From positions 26,970,001 through 27,034,000 of the forward strand of contig OX597825.1 in assembly GCA_951406725.2 (NCBI GenBank): 64,000 nucleotides of DNA. Reading direction: 5' to 3'. The notes beneath the pieces are model-generated. The model saw only the letters and a program-made list of their open reading frames with translations, had not been told where the DNA came from and searched no databases. The DNA comes from Octopus vulgaris. Taxonomy: Eukaryota. Shown one piece after another: positions 14,470-28,146 of the stretch. Every line of letters starts with the position of its first letter. The first letter of the stretch is position 1. A program made the position numbers and the translations under genes.

Positions 14470-14640
14470 GGAAAGCTGTTGGTCACACATCGGTTCATTT
14501 CACATCTAAACTGTTGCAGACAGAATTTGGTTGTAGTAGCAAGATGGACAGCGACGTAGGTTCGGCCGAAATAAAGGACATCATGGGAGGAAGGGAGTGA
14601 AGGAGTAAGAGGGAATAGATATACCACAGACAAAGCTTAG
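14470..14640 (-). mobile_element. Possible Penelope-like GIY-YIG endonuclease remnant
   Basis: SVVYLF...DVLYFGRT resembles VVY.F.C...YIGRT; weak and degenerate. Confidence 0.3.
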
Positions 14641-15761
14641 TTTATTTCTGTGGTGACAGAAAATGTAGGTCAGTGTTGAAGGGATCTTAAATTCATAAAA
14701 GAACGCTAAGTTTGACCACCACTAGCTCTGAACTGAGAAACTCACAGAGATAATGGTAAGATAAAGAATACAGAGAGATCAAAGGAAAGCATTACAGGGG
14801 TCATAGGCTATCAGTAGAGGAAGATACAGTAAGAAAGTTAAGCATAACACTAGAATAGAAGGTTAATTATTAATTATTGTTTCTATTTTAACTTAAGTTT
14901 ATATATTGTAAGAAAGAATTTAGGTCAACATCTAGAGGTCAAATAAATTCAATAGTAAATGGTGGGGGAATTTTACTTATTCAAAATATATAGTGAAAAT
15001 TACATGTATCATTAAGGGAATAGTATTATCTATTAAATTTAGAATAGAATTAGGAAATATTAGCAATTTATATGATTTAAGTAAAGTTAATTAAATTGAC
15101 TATAAAGTCAATTAAAAGTTAGCATAGTACAAATACTATTTATTTTTATGTTAAAAAAGTACAGTTAGAAAGAAAGAACACCAGTGGAAGAGCCTACATA
15201 TTTCTATTTAAAATATTCTAGAGTTTACATTTTTGAGTGAATAGAAGACAAGCCTAAATCTATACGGTTATTCAATAGATTTTTATTTTTTCTATGCTTT
15301 AGAGTCTCATATATATATATATATATATATATATGCGTGTATCTATATACAGCTCATATTGCAATAAAGAAGCATTGATTCGTTGGAATGTGTCAAGATG
15401 CGATATCTTGGTACCTGATATTTAGACAATAAAAAGAATTTCGATGCCGCATGTATCATTTCAGGTATGACAAAAATTTAAATGTCATGGTGTGTTCCTT
15501 ATGCGACTTGAATCGAAATGTGTCATGAACAGAATAAATGGCAACTGTAAATTGTTGTTACGCTACCAATTAAAGATTAAGTTATATAAATGCTAATGTC
15601 ACAGAAATAATCAAGTGAAGGTGATTTGACTTGCTCATCGAAACACTTTAGGCTGCATGTGACACGGAAAAGTATTCAATAATCATACAAGACCATGCAC
15701 AATGTTAGTTAAGAGGAAATTGTATGTATATACATATAAAAAAAAGATAAAAGATAAAATA

Positions 15762-15839
<78 letters not shown>

Positions 15840-16399
15840 ATATATATATATATATATGTATATGTTATATTCTGTTAAGAACTTAGTAGGGTACAGTATA
15901 AAACTCGCCCTCATTCAGACTTTACCTTGTGCTATGCAGAAGTAGTATTATACGCAGTCACAGTTTTGCGTTTGAGCTGAATGAGCACATCTGGTTTGCG
16001 GTTGCTATGAAAACAATGGTGAAACTAAGTAGGGGATTAGGATAGGTGTTATGTACCTGGGTTTCTTTCGCTGTAAGAATTATCTTGAAGTGCTTGTGGG
16101 AAATGTGTGTGTTTCTAAGTATGGCGCTTCTGTGGGGAGGGAAAATGTGATATGAGTAGTGGTGTCGTATGTATCATTTTTATCCGGGATTTTTTATGTG
16201 TTTATAATTCTGTTCGTCAGTCTGTTTTCTTTCTGTACTGGTTATGGCCGTGGAGGCTTTATATTAGCGTGAGATTGGTTAGGGATACAATGTATGTGTG
16301 TGTGTGTGTGTGGGGGGTTATATATGTGGGGTACCATGTGTGTCTAGAAGAATACGTCGTTGAAGTGTGTGTGTTCGTACCTGGGTGTACCGGTATATG

Positions 16400-16545
16400 C
16401 TCTAGTCAAATTCTTTAGAGGGGGTGAGGGTATTGGTGCTGTGAACGCTCTCTTCTGAGCCAAAACAAAAATGCACTTCCTACTGGTCTTGATGTACAGT
16501 ATACATTTCGGCAGGATATTCCACTTCATGTTGTACGCTGTATTG
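16400..16545 (-). mobile_element. Penelope-like element remnant, C-terminal part of the GIY-YIG domain
   Basis: YNMKWNILPKCILYIKTSRKCIFVLAQK resembles the PLE motif Y.IKW.IL....Y.....RC.LCL.EK. Confidence 0.55.
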
Positions 16546-16633
16546 TAACGTTGCGTCACTCCTATATATATATATATGATCATATACAAGCCAAATTATA
16601 CGTGTATGAAAGTTCATTTCAACTATTACGTAC

Positions 16634-16673
<40 letters not shown>

Positions 16674-16675
16674 TA

Positions 16676-16713
<38 letters not shown>

Positions 16714-16890
16714 TGTTAAAGAGGGCAACAAATATTGTTGTCCTCTTCCAAAATTATATATCTGCAATATCGGAGATCTGCAATGGCTCCATAACTACGG
16801 TACCAATATTTGTATTTGTCTACACTTACTCTGCTTGCATTGTACCCCTTACACGGTGCCTTTCTATTTAAGTGGCTTCTTCACCTGAAT

Positions 16891-16938
<48 letters not shown>

Positions 16939-17149
16939 GTGTGTGTGTGTGTATGTGTGTGTGTGTGTGTGCGTGTATGTATATAAAAGGAAAGAAAAAT
17001 TATGGTAAATAAACATAGACAGACAGAAACTCAGAGAGGCAAAGAATGAGAAAGACAGAGAGAGTGGAACGATAGTTGATAGAAGTGCAATGAAGTTACA
17101 TTCAATATTCCTCATACTAACTGTAAAGCCGGGCGGGAGACAGAGAAGG

Positions 17150-17360
17150 TCCTGAATTTTTCATCAGATATCAACCAACTACTAATACTCAGTTTCGCAC
17201 CTTTACTGATAAAACCGAGAGCTTCGCATTTGGCGGCGCCCCTAAAGAAAAAAAATTGCAGAGAATTCAGAAACGAGAGCAAAGAAAACAAAATGACACT
17301 GTGTGTGGACAAGGACGAACATTCGATCAAAATATGGCCTTTGAGTCAAGAAGACGAGAA
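17150..17360 (-). mobile_element. Possible I/Nimb-group LINE C-terminal remnant
   Basis: HILIECSSLSTH...EALGFI resembles the HILIECP zinc-knuckle tail of I-group ORF2; short match only. Confidence 0.3.
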
Positions 17361-17639
17361 TAGAGGGTAACGCTTAGAATACATCCTGAATGCTATAGCA
17401 CGAATTCACCCCAGCTCACAATATATAGAAAGCCATTTGACAACACTCACTGATCTTGCAACAAGAAAAGTAGCTAGGTAGAGAATACATTGTGAGCGGG
17501 AACGAATTGTTGTTATCTTTAGCGGCCGGGTATTCAGTACTGGCGATGGGCACTAGTAGCGCGAAGCCGTTCGGTCTGTTAATCCAGCTGCCTGTTAGAA
17601 GACAATAGGGATTCGCTCCCCTTTTTCTTATACATATAT

Positions 17640-17836
17640 ATTTCTTTATTGCCCACAATGGGCTAAACATAGACGGGACAAACAAGGACAGACAAAGGGA
17701 TTAAGTCGATCACATCGACCCCAAAGGATGAAAGGTAAAGACGACCTCGGCGGAATTTGAACTCAGGAAGTAATGGCAGACGAAATACCGCTAAGCGTTT
17801 CGCCCGACGTGCTAACGTTTCTGCCAGCTCGCCGCC
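17640..17836 (-). mobile_element. tRNA-derived SINE, family A (well preserved, internally deleted)
   Basis: Minus strand GGCGGCGAGCTGGCAGAAACGTTAGC (A-box-like) ... GAGTTCAAATTCC (B-box-like). Confidence 0.88.
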
Positions 17837-18026
17837 TTCCTGTTTCTTATACATATATTGATACTTACATGTTTTTCTCTGTAAGTTTCTATTTCTTCAA
17901 CTATTCGCGACTCGAGTTTCCGGTGACTGCGATTTTCGTAGTGACTTGTTATAATCCCTATTTGGTGATGTAGTTTTTATCCTTTGTGTGTACACGTGTT
18001 CTATAGCCTTCGGTGAGGAGCCAAAA

Positions 18027-18123
18027 ATATTAAGTGGTGTGTAATAGCGAATATTAAGCGTAATATTAAGTGTAATAGCGAACATTAAGCGAAATGTAAA
18101 ATATTAAGGGAATTGTAATAGCG
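18027..18123. repeat. Short degenerate minisatellite of AATATTAAG and TGTAATAGCG modules
   Basis: About five AATATTAAG-like and three TGTAATAGCG units interleaved. Confidence 0.7.
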
Positions 18124-19934
18124 TCTCTAGTATTTGGGTTGGCTGTCTCAGGCGTGTCCTTAATCATACAACCCAGTACTCTATATACATCTGCTATGAA
18201 GTAGAAGTATCTCGAGCAAGCTAGAAATTTGAAGAAACCTTCAAACTACAGAAAGAGTTTAATGGAAGTTCCATTATGAAATATACAAGGTGACAAATGA
18301 AAATAACATGCCGTTATGTGTTTTGCAGTTTGAAGCACTGCACACTTAGTCCACAAAGATAACGTAGGTAGGGCGTATATTGCAAACCGAAAGTCAGGAA
18401 CAGGTACCTCTCACCTCCTCAAATATTTCAGGTGTGCAGTTGAAGCGATAGTTATTGTTATTTAAATCTAAAATTAAGTTATTTGGTTATCTTTGGTTAT
18501 TTTTAACCATGTAAATATTTGCTATTCCTTTTAGATTTATTGTGATTTCTTCTTCATATATTTGTTATTCTCATTCTTATTATTTTCTTCTACTTCACTA
18601 ATTACGAATTAATTATGAATTAATTAAATTTGACATTTTTGTTACTAAAAGCTGTCTTAGCCATATTGCAATTATCTTAATTTTAAAACTTAAAATATTT
18701 AATTATTCCTCTAAGAATAACTATCTCTTCAGAACAGAATGTGTACCCTAGTAAATAATTTATTAGTTACATTGGTGGCTAGTTCTCATTTACTAATGCG
18801 TCTTCTAGAAAAAGCAGATATTCCAAGCTAATAGTGATATAACGATATTATATTGTGAAGTAAATAATATTCCTTATGAACAAATTTGGACCTTTAGCGA
18901 TCTTTAAGTGAGTGTGAATGGCTTTGAGTAATTATAAATACGGTTCAACTCAGAAATTTACATGTAAACAAAAGGACTAATACCTCACATTATTTATACA
19001 GTAAATATAAAGAAATTATCCACGGAGCTAGAAATCTAAATTATTGTGTACATCAAATAGTTGATATCGAAGGAACACATATTCTGATAAGGTGTTTTAA
19101 AGAAAAATATTTAGATTTAACATTAGCAAAACAAATGTCTTCGTTACTACTGGATCGGTTATCCACCGTTTTGTTTTTTGTAGTCAGCTGCTTACACTGC
19201 AATGCCGTCATCATCGAAGTCCATTGTTTTGGTTTTGTGATACAGTTTTGGTCTGCTTGCTGGCTCACAGCTTTCCTCTGCTGTCTAGTGACTATCATTT
19301 ACTGAATAAGCACACTCGGTACATTTTCAATAAAAAGTGCGCCAAGCATGAAATTGCACTTAGAAACGCTTCCACAAGAGGTGTTTTGCAGTTGCTAGAT
19401 ATTCCTGCTACAGCTTTGTATATTTGGTTTGGTCAATAAGAATTTCACTGCCTCTGAAATATTTGCCAAGTCTTATTTCACTTCTACCCCAACTTTGGAA
19501 TTATCAACTAAGACTGCTGGTACGCATACCTACCACTTCATTTGGTCCAAATTCGTAAGTCTAGTACTATCTCCTTTGATTTATTTTGTACTTTATTCGG
19601 AGCTTTGTGGTAAAGGTTTGAGAAGGATAAGCCGGTGTTAATTTCTTGATTTCTATAGAAACCTGATTGATCGATTGTGAATGGATTAATATACAAAATT
19701 AAAACTCTCAGAATTATGCAATAGTAATACATCTTTAACACGAGTAAAATTTGAAATATATATTTTTTCCATTCACTGGAGTTTTCTACTATTTTCTGTG
19801 ACATACTGAATTATCGAGTGCATGAACTTTGCACTTACACGCAGCAAATTGTAATTGTACGGACTAAGTTCATTGAATGACTTTCACAGGTCAGTTACGT
19901 TAGAGTCAGAAACGGTGCTTAAAGTTCATCAGAT

Positions 19935-20039
<105 letters not shown>

Positions 20040-20040
20040 T

Positions 20041-20523
<483 letters not shown>

Positions 20524-21388
20524 ATATCAAAATAATGTGTTATAATACTACTCCACATATACAAAAGTAGCTAATGTTATAAATATAATTATGAAATCAT
20601 AATTATAAAATCATAAGGGCAACTACCAAGTAATGCCAAATGCTAGTAAAAATCCAAATGGTTCTAAGCTATTATATCACTCACATGAAGGCATGAATTT
20701 CTCTACCTTAAACTTTCATTATTGCTCACATTTGACACTTTTTAAAGTATGGTATGTTAGTAGTGAAATAATACTAAATATCAAACACTAATTGAATTTT
20801 TATGATGATGTAATCCTCGTGTGTAGTTATTAAATATTAATTTCATGGAAGCACGGTGTTGTCCTTTCGACAAGCTCTAGATGTCAAAATACTAAAGTTA
20901 ATTAACGAAATACAAATTGTTGTGGTTGATACTTTTGACAAATATCATTACTCTTCAGATAAAAAACTTCAAAATATATATTCAAATATTCTATAATGTA
21001 GACAAACTTATTAGCGCTACAGTTTCTTCATGCAATTATATTTCGTAATAATTGGGAAAATTTGCAAACTAATCGTATAATGAAATTCAATTAAGCTGTT
21101 TCATCTCCTGGAAGCAAAAATTAAGAAACCTTAAAAGCAGATTAATATGTCATCAGCTGATTTCAGTAACAGTTATGTCACGACAGCAATTTCATATCCT
21201 GTGATAATAAACCAAACTTTAAATGAAAGGTTGCATGAATTATTTGTAAACGTCACCAAAAATGCTTACATTACAACATTCGTTATTTTTTATGCAGCCA
21301 AGCAACGCATTCCAACCTAAACAGGTACATAACTGAAAATCGTTGTAATATACATACATATGTATATTATGTATGTATGCATACATAT

Positions 21389-21421
<33 letters not shown>

Positions 21422-21765
21422 CATATATGGATTTAATAAAATTATATTTTAATAAAAAATATAACAAGGATTTAATAAATATATAACAAATGCAAAATTT
21501 AATCTAAACCATAACACACGGAAAATGCTTAGCTAATTCCTCATCTGTCAGCGCCCCTGAGATCATAATAGTTTCGTGCCGTTATCATTGCCACCGTTCG
21601 TTTTTGGTGATGCCAGTAGCAAAAGGTTACTGGGAATAACTAACGAACGTACAGAGCGAAGACGAAAACAAACAACACAAACTAGAATAATTCTAATAAT
21701 CATACATAATCAACACAAAAAGCCGTGCGGCTACCCATCTCCGTCTCACGCATTATGATATGGCT

Positions 21766-22100
21766 ATGTGGTAAGAAGTTTGCTTCCCAAACACTTGGTT
21801 TCCAGTTCGGTCCTACTACATGCAATCTTTTGTGTTTTCCAACCTAACCACGGCGTTGTCAGTATGTTTCGAACCAGTAAGAATACCGTCGTATATGTGT
21901 ATGTATGTTTATATCTATGTGAGCCTTTGTGCATGTTGACTCTATCATCAGGTGACAACTAGTGTAGCTTTGTTTATGTCCCTGTAACATACCGCTGAGG
22001 TAAAAGCTTACGAGTGAATAAATGCAAGGTTTAAAAACTAGCTGGTATCGATTTTTGCGACTAAGTTCTTCAAGGCGATGCTCTAAAATTGTCTGAAAAC
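21766..22100 (+). mobile_element. SINE family B, old degenerate copy
   Basis: TGGCTATGTGGTAAGAAGTTTGCTTCCC...TTCAAGGCGATGCTC. Confidence 0.7.
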
Positions 22101-25100
22101 TAAAAACGCTTTATAGATTGAGAGAGAGAATGCGTGAGACAGAAGGAAAAAGCGTGAGAATGAGAGAGACTGAAAACGTGAGAAAGAGAAATAGAGAGAG
22201 CTTTTCAAACATTAAACATGTAAGAGTATGACAAAAACATGAGAAGTAAAGAAATAATACATCGAGTCAGAGAATAGGAACTAATTAAATAAAGAATCGT
22301 AATACTTCAAAGAGAAAAATGCTATCAAGCATAAGTAGGAAGTTGACGAGTAGGTCAAATAACGTTTTTGGGTGCTATAGATTATGGAACAGGAGACGAA
22401 GTATTAAAAGGTACCAGATGAAGGAAAAATGAAATCAAGGTGCATGTTTACTTGTCAGGCTTAAGCTAGAATGTCAGTTGAAATGGAGGTAAAACCCGCT
22501 ACCTAGTGAAGGTAAGTGGCGTGACGGGTGTGGGGAAACCCCGGGAAAACATAAAGAAAATAGTCACGAACAGTGAGAGAGTGAGAGAGAGAGAGAGGGA
22601 GAGGTAGAGAGAGAGAGAAAATGCGGAGAAGCAAAGCGAGAAAAAACTTGAGAGAGAGATTATTAGTGAGGGAGAGAATTAGCGAAGAAAGAAAGTAGGA
22701 GATTGATAGGGAGTTCACCATATTGGTGAAGAGAATGCGTATGTGATATAAGATGCCTTTAAATTTCCATGGCTTTCTATTCTGTAGGTGTTAATGGGCA
22801 GATAATATGAGTCACGCAGCCCAAAACACATGGGTTTAGTTTTACAAACGCCATGCTGGTAAATGCAAATGTATTATTCCGTACCACGTATAGACATATG
22901 CAAATACTCAGAAATCACATATATACATACACATCCACTTGGAATTATGCAATATCGGCTATAGATTGACCAGTAGCCCACACACACATATGTATATACA
23001 CACACACATACACACGTATATAAATAGATAGATAGATAGATAGATAAGAGAAGAAAGTTAGCTAATACACCTGTAGTGCCTACGGATACATTTATCCCTT
23101 AGACGGTTGAATAACCTCTAACTCATAATTCACACACACATACACACACACACATAACGTAAATACGCACAGCTATATGAAATACAATACAACATGTATT
23201 CTTGATATATTTAAACAAGTCCTGGTTCTAGGTCATGTGCTTGAATTACCAATAATAATTCAGTGCATGTATATATGGGAGGCGATAAAATCTAGGATCA
23301 AGAATTCGACAAACTTGACATGCTATTTATAAAACCGACAAGATTTTTGTCTCTATGTAACAGGGATGTATTGAACATATGGTTCTGGCTCATTAGTCGC
23401 CATGACAAAAACGACTACACATCTGTTTTACACGTTTTCTATATTTGTACAATAATCCCTCGACTATCGCAGTTGTTACGTTTCAAAGCACCCCACGATA
23501 GGTGAAAATTCACGAAGCAGAAAACATACTGTATATTTTTTTTATAATTCATTTTTATAATTTGCATATAGTTATTTTATTATATATGCAAATGAACACC
23601 AAAGAGGAATTTGACATAAGCTTAAACAATAAGCAGTGATAGGTGAACCGCGATATGGCAATGGATTACTGTATAGCTATATGCCCTTTGGTTACTGGAT
23701 ATATTTTAGGACAATTTTCGTGCTGATGGCGCCTACTCATGCCTATTTTTGTCCTCAGAAGGGAAAACAATGAACAGTTTTTTTTTTATTAAAGAGATTG
23801 AAAGACTTTGTGTTAGTGGATTTATTTACGCTTTTTCAAATGGAGCTTCTCCACTCACATTTTCATAATTTTTATAAAGAATTAATTTATGTTTTATGAT
23901 ATTTTATTAACACACATTTGTCTATATTTTTTCATAAATATGGCACTATCTGCTCTGATTTATTTCCCTGAACCGATTTTTGGACTAATTTTATATCGGC
24001 ACATATTTATGATGAAATAGTCAACGTTTAAGCCAGAGTGAAAAAAAAATGTAGATATGTCCCTTGACACTCATCAAGTGGTTTAAAAACTTGATGCCTT
24101 GCAAGCGCAGCGAGATTGAGTACTTCCCATAAAAAAGTACTTATATGACTGAAAAAGTATAGACTAGGAAAGCCCGTAAAGTGTACTCATATATAAGTAT
24201 ATGTGCGTATATATGTGTATATATGCATACATATATATATATATATACTTATATGCGTGTGTGTGTGTTTGTGAATGTGTCTGCATACGCATATTTAACT
24301 TAGAGGATTCACAAGTTAACTTTATGTGCAATCATTTCAGTTAAAAGGTGTATCTTTCATTCTATCTGACTACATACTCAGATTAATTTTCCTGGCGTTT
24401 TTGATCATGTGCCACTTCCTAAGTTGCAATAAGCAATATAATTTGCCAGATATACGTATAACATAGACTTTCGAATTTGTATTCTCTTTCTATAATTGTT
24501 TCCGGCTCCCTAACACATATGCTTTATTTTTTAGCATTTCTTCTATCCATTACAATGAGTAGACATAAATCGATGTAACAATCACATATGTCCTATGAAC
24601 AACAATGATACAAATACGTGTCCTCAAACTGAAAACATCTTAATCTAAATCAAAGATTAAAATGGCCTGTTCGTCGTTACGCGTTTTATATTATGATATT
24701 CTAAAAGATTATTATTACATTCTTTGACAGAAATTACTTTAGGTAACGGGAATATTTTTTTGTAAAGCATGACGAAAATTATCAAAATCACTTATATATT
24801 TCTGAGAACCAAATATATATTCTCTACTGTTCAAAAACATATCGTATTCCAGACTTAGAAAATTCGATATCTATAATATACACTACAAGATCACGAATTT
24901 TGCTTGCAGTAAAATCATGATTGTTGATATGCAATATTTTCAATATTGGCATTCGCTATTAGTATTTTTTCTCATTTTTCTTAGTAAACTACCTTTTTTG
25001 CAGTAGTGTTGCGATTCAAAGAATATTTTAGTGTAAAGGAAATAGCAATATGTTAAGCAATTTCTCAAACAACTTAAGAACTGCTTAACATTTGTCTGAA

Positions 25101-25280
25101 ACCAACCGTATTTTTTTTATTATACATATATTTGTGAGAATCTATTCACGTGTAAGTATGTGGGTGCTTATGTACCTGTGACTTTGTGTGTCTGTCTGTC
25201 TCTATGTTTATATATGTATGGTAAAAATTGAAAATGGAGACAAACGTTCACGATATTATTAAATCATTTATATCGTCATG

Positions 25281-25365
25281 TCATCGACATAAGTTTCGAT
25301 ACGTGCATTCAAAAGAAATCCGACAGAATGAATAATGTGGAGCAATGCATGAATCTCATCAGTGA
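25281..25365 (-). ncRNA. Candidate type I hammerhead ribozyme (Penelope-like), stem I imperfect
   Basis: Minus strand CTGATGA-GATTCATGCATT...AATGCACGTATC-GAAA-CTTATG-TC; 10 of 12 stem II positions pair; GUC cleavage triplet. Confidence 0.6.
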
Positions 25366-25417
25366 GGATATAAACAACAGTGCTCATCAATTAGACATTT
25401 TAACAGATGTGAGAAAC

Positions 25418-25456
<39 letters not shown>

Positions 25457-26133
25457 AATAATAAGAAAACGGAGAAAACCTCGGATTAACAAACTCATCG
25501 AATGGGCCACATTTATATAACTTAGTTTTTAATACAAAAAAAAAAACATAACATAACAAATCTTACGGCCGTTTCTACATCTGTTGCCAAACGCTGTCTA
25601 TACATAATTTCGAAATTAAAATTCTTCATCTTCATAGGGCATTCGAATTAAGGCACGGAGCTTATGATACAAGGAAACTTACTAACATGATTATCAAAGA
25701 GTAGTACATATGCTAAAGAGGTAAACTCAGGATAATCCAAAACATTTGAAATATTAACACCGGTGGTGCCCCAGCGTGGCCGCGGCCTTCGGGCTATAAC
25801 ATTTTAAAGGATTTAAGGATTTACCCCTCAACTAATTACACCTTTATCTTTATTCTTTATTCTTACTTTCCCTACCTACTATTCATCCTTTCATCTTTTT
25901 TTTCCTTCTATCATCCAATCTCTATTTGTTAATACCTGCCTTTCTCCTTTACGTTTCAAATTACTAGAGATCCCTTCACAACTTCTTTTTCATAAATGTA
26001 TATGTGAGTATGTTCGTAGGCGTTCTGGTATGTATATGCATGCATATTTATACATGTACATGTATGAATGTATGTATGGATGTGTGTGCTTATGTATGGA
26101 TTTGTATGTGTATATATGTTTATGCATATACTT

Positions 26134-26203
26134 ATATGTTCATGCATCCGTTTGTGTATGTATATGTGTATTTATATGTGTAAGTATGTATGTGTGGGTC
26201 CAC

Positions 26204-26247
<44 letters not shown>

Positions 26248-26446
26248 AAGGAATGAATAGATTATGACGGAGCCATGGTATGCTTTGCTTTCTGACTTTT
26301 TAATCATCTCATAGTAATGACTTTTATGGCTTTTATTACTACCTGAGTCCATCTAAATGTATATATATATATCTGTCGTTACCTTTCATAATAAGACTTT
26401 TCTTTTTTTTTATAATGCGCATTTTCGTTGATTTTTCTTATTCTCC

Positions 26447-26530
<84 letters not shown>

Positions 26531-26752
26531 ATATCTATATATATCGATGATATGAAGATATAAATGATTTAATAACATTTTGAGCGTTTGTCTCCATTTT
26601 CAATGTTTCCTACGTCCAGCTAAATACGTTTCGTTTCTCCCGGGTATTAGCTCCCACAGAAGTGTGATTTCTGATTCCTTGGACACTTAGGTGACATCTG
26701 ACTACCTTGAAATTATACCCCTTTATACACACACACACACACACACACAGAC

Positions 26753-26789
<37 letters not shown>

Positions 26790-27173
26790 CATATATATAT
26801 ACACACATATATATATATACATATATATATAGGTATATATATCTATATATACCTATATATATATATAGGGGGAGAATAAGAAAAATCAACGAAAATGCGC
26901 ATTATAAAAAAAGAAAAGTCTTTTTATGAAAGGTAACGACAGATATATATATACATTTAGATGGACTGAGGTAGTAATAAAAGCCATAAAAGTCATTACT
27001 ATGAGATGATTAAAAAGTCAGAAAGCAAAGCATAACATGGCTCCGTCATAATCTATTCATTCCTTTGATATATATCTATATATATATATATATATATATA
27101 TACGTGGACCCACACATACATACTTACACATATAAATACACATATACATACACAAACGGATGCATGAACATAT
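26134..27173. repeat. Long inverted duplication, arms 26134-26450 and 26867-27173
   Basis: About 310 bp arms with only a few substitutions and small indels; both inner ends lie at (TA)n tracts. Confidence 0.92.
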
Positions 27174-27859
27174 TTTTATGATGATGTAATCATATACATA
27201 TATACATATATATACATATATACATTCATACATACATATATACATACGCAGTCATACGCATTCAAAGTCCTAATCGGTTAAGCCAATTCGTATATCTTCA
27301 TCTATTCTCATTTTATCTCCAACAATCGTTTTTTTTTTATTGAATGGGATTTAAGCATGCCACAGCTCTATTTCATATTGTTATCTCTCCAGATCACCTT
27401 GAGATGCTTTTACCGCTTACGCTAGGGACATCCCAGCTCCATTTACATTTATTTCTCATTATATATTACGCAAAAGCAACAGTATTATTATCATGTCGAT
27501 CTAATTTCTTGATAAGTTTTGATTTTTTACATATATTTCAGATCTGCTAAGGTGCTCGTAAAACAGTTAACGCAACTCCAATTTAAAAATTCCCTGATAT
27601 ACCTTATGCGAAACATTACATGATATTCATAATCATTAAGCGTTTGGAATGATATATATATACTCTCACAGTCTATAAAATGAGTAACCACGGTGAGTTG
27701 TGTTCCGTGTAATTGATTTTATTACTCCTCAAAATTTCTGACCTTGTACCGAATTTACAAAGAATTATTACAAGAGCTTAGAGTTGAAATTTGATAGAAT
27801 ATTAACAAAGTCTGAAAATGCTTAGGTCTTTTCTTCCGCCTGTTTTTCTTCTCCCACCG

Positions 27860-28146
27860 AAGTCAAGTTCATCATTAAATCATTTGTGGTTGGCTAATCA
27901 TAGTACTTAGTCAAATACTGGTGGTACGGATTCGATGCTGTATCAAATAATGTTTTTAAAATCGCTAGGATTTTCTAACCCTAAACCCCTTAAACGCAAA
28001 CCCTTATTACAGTAGGGGAGGCATTTCGGATAGGTAAACACATTACAGGGTCGAATAAAATGCATTAGATTATTTATTTGCGGTTCTTCACAGTTTGAGT
28101 TCAAATTCAGCCAAACGACGCATCCCTTCGGATTTTGATAAAAATA
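27860..28146. repeat. Segment containing decayed SINE A pieces, copied in inverted orientation at 34220-34483
   Basis: Reverse-complement match, e.g. TTTGCGGTTCTTCACAGTTTGAGTTCAAATTCAGCC versus GGCTGAATTTGAACTCAAACTGTGAAGAACCGCAAA. Confidence 0.88.

Noticed and set aside
16718-16747. Hairpin AGAGGGCAACAA...TTGTTGTCCTCT
   Set aside because: Isolated short stem with no ribozyme core or other context
18027-18123. CRISPR-like array
   Set aside because: Short degenerate modules without unique spacers, in eukaryotic DNA with no cas genes
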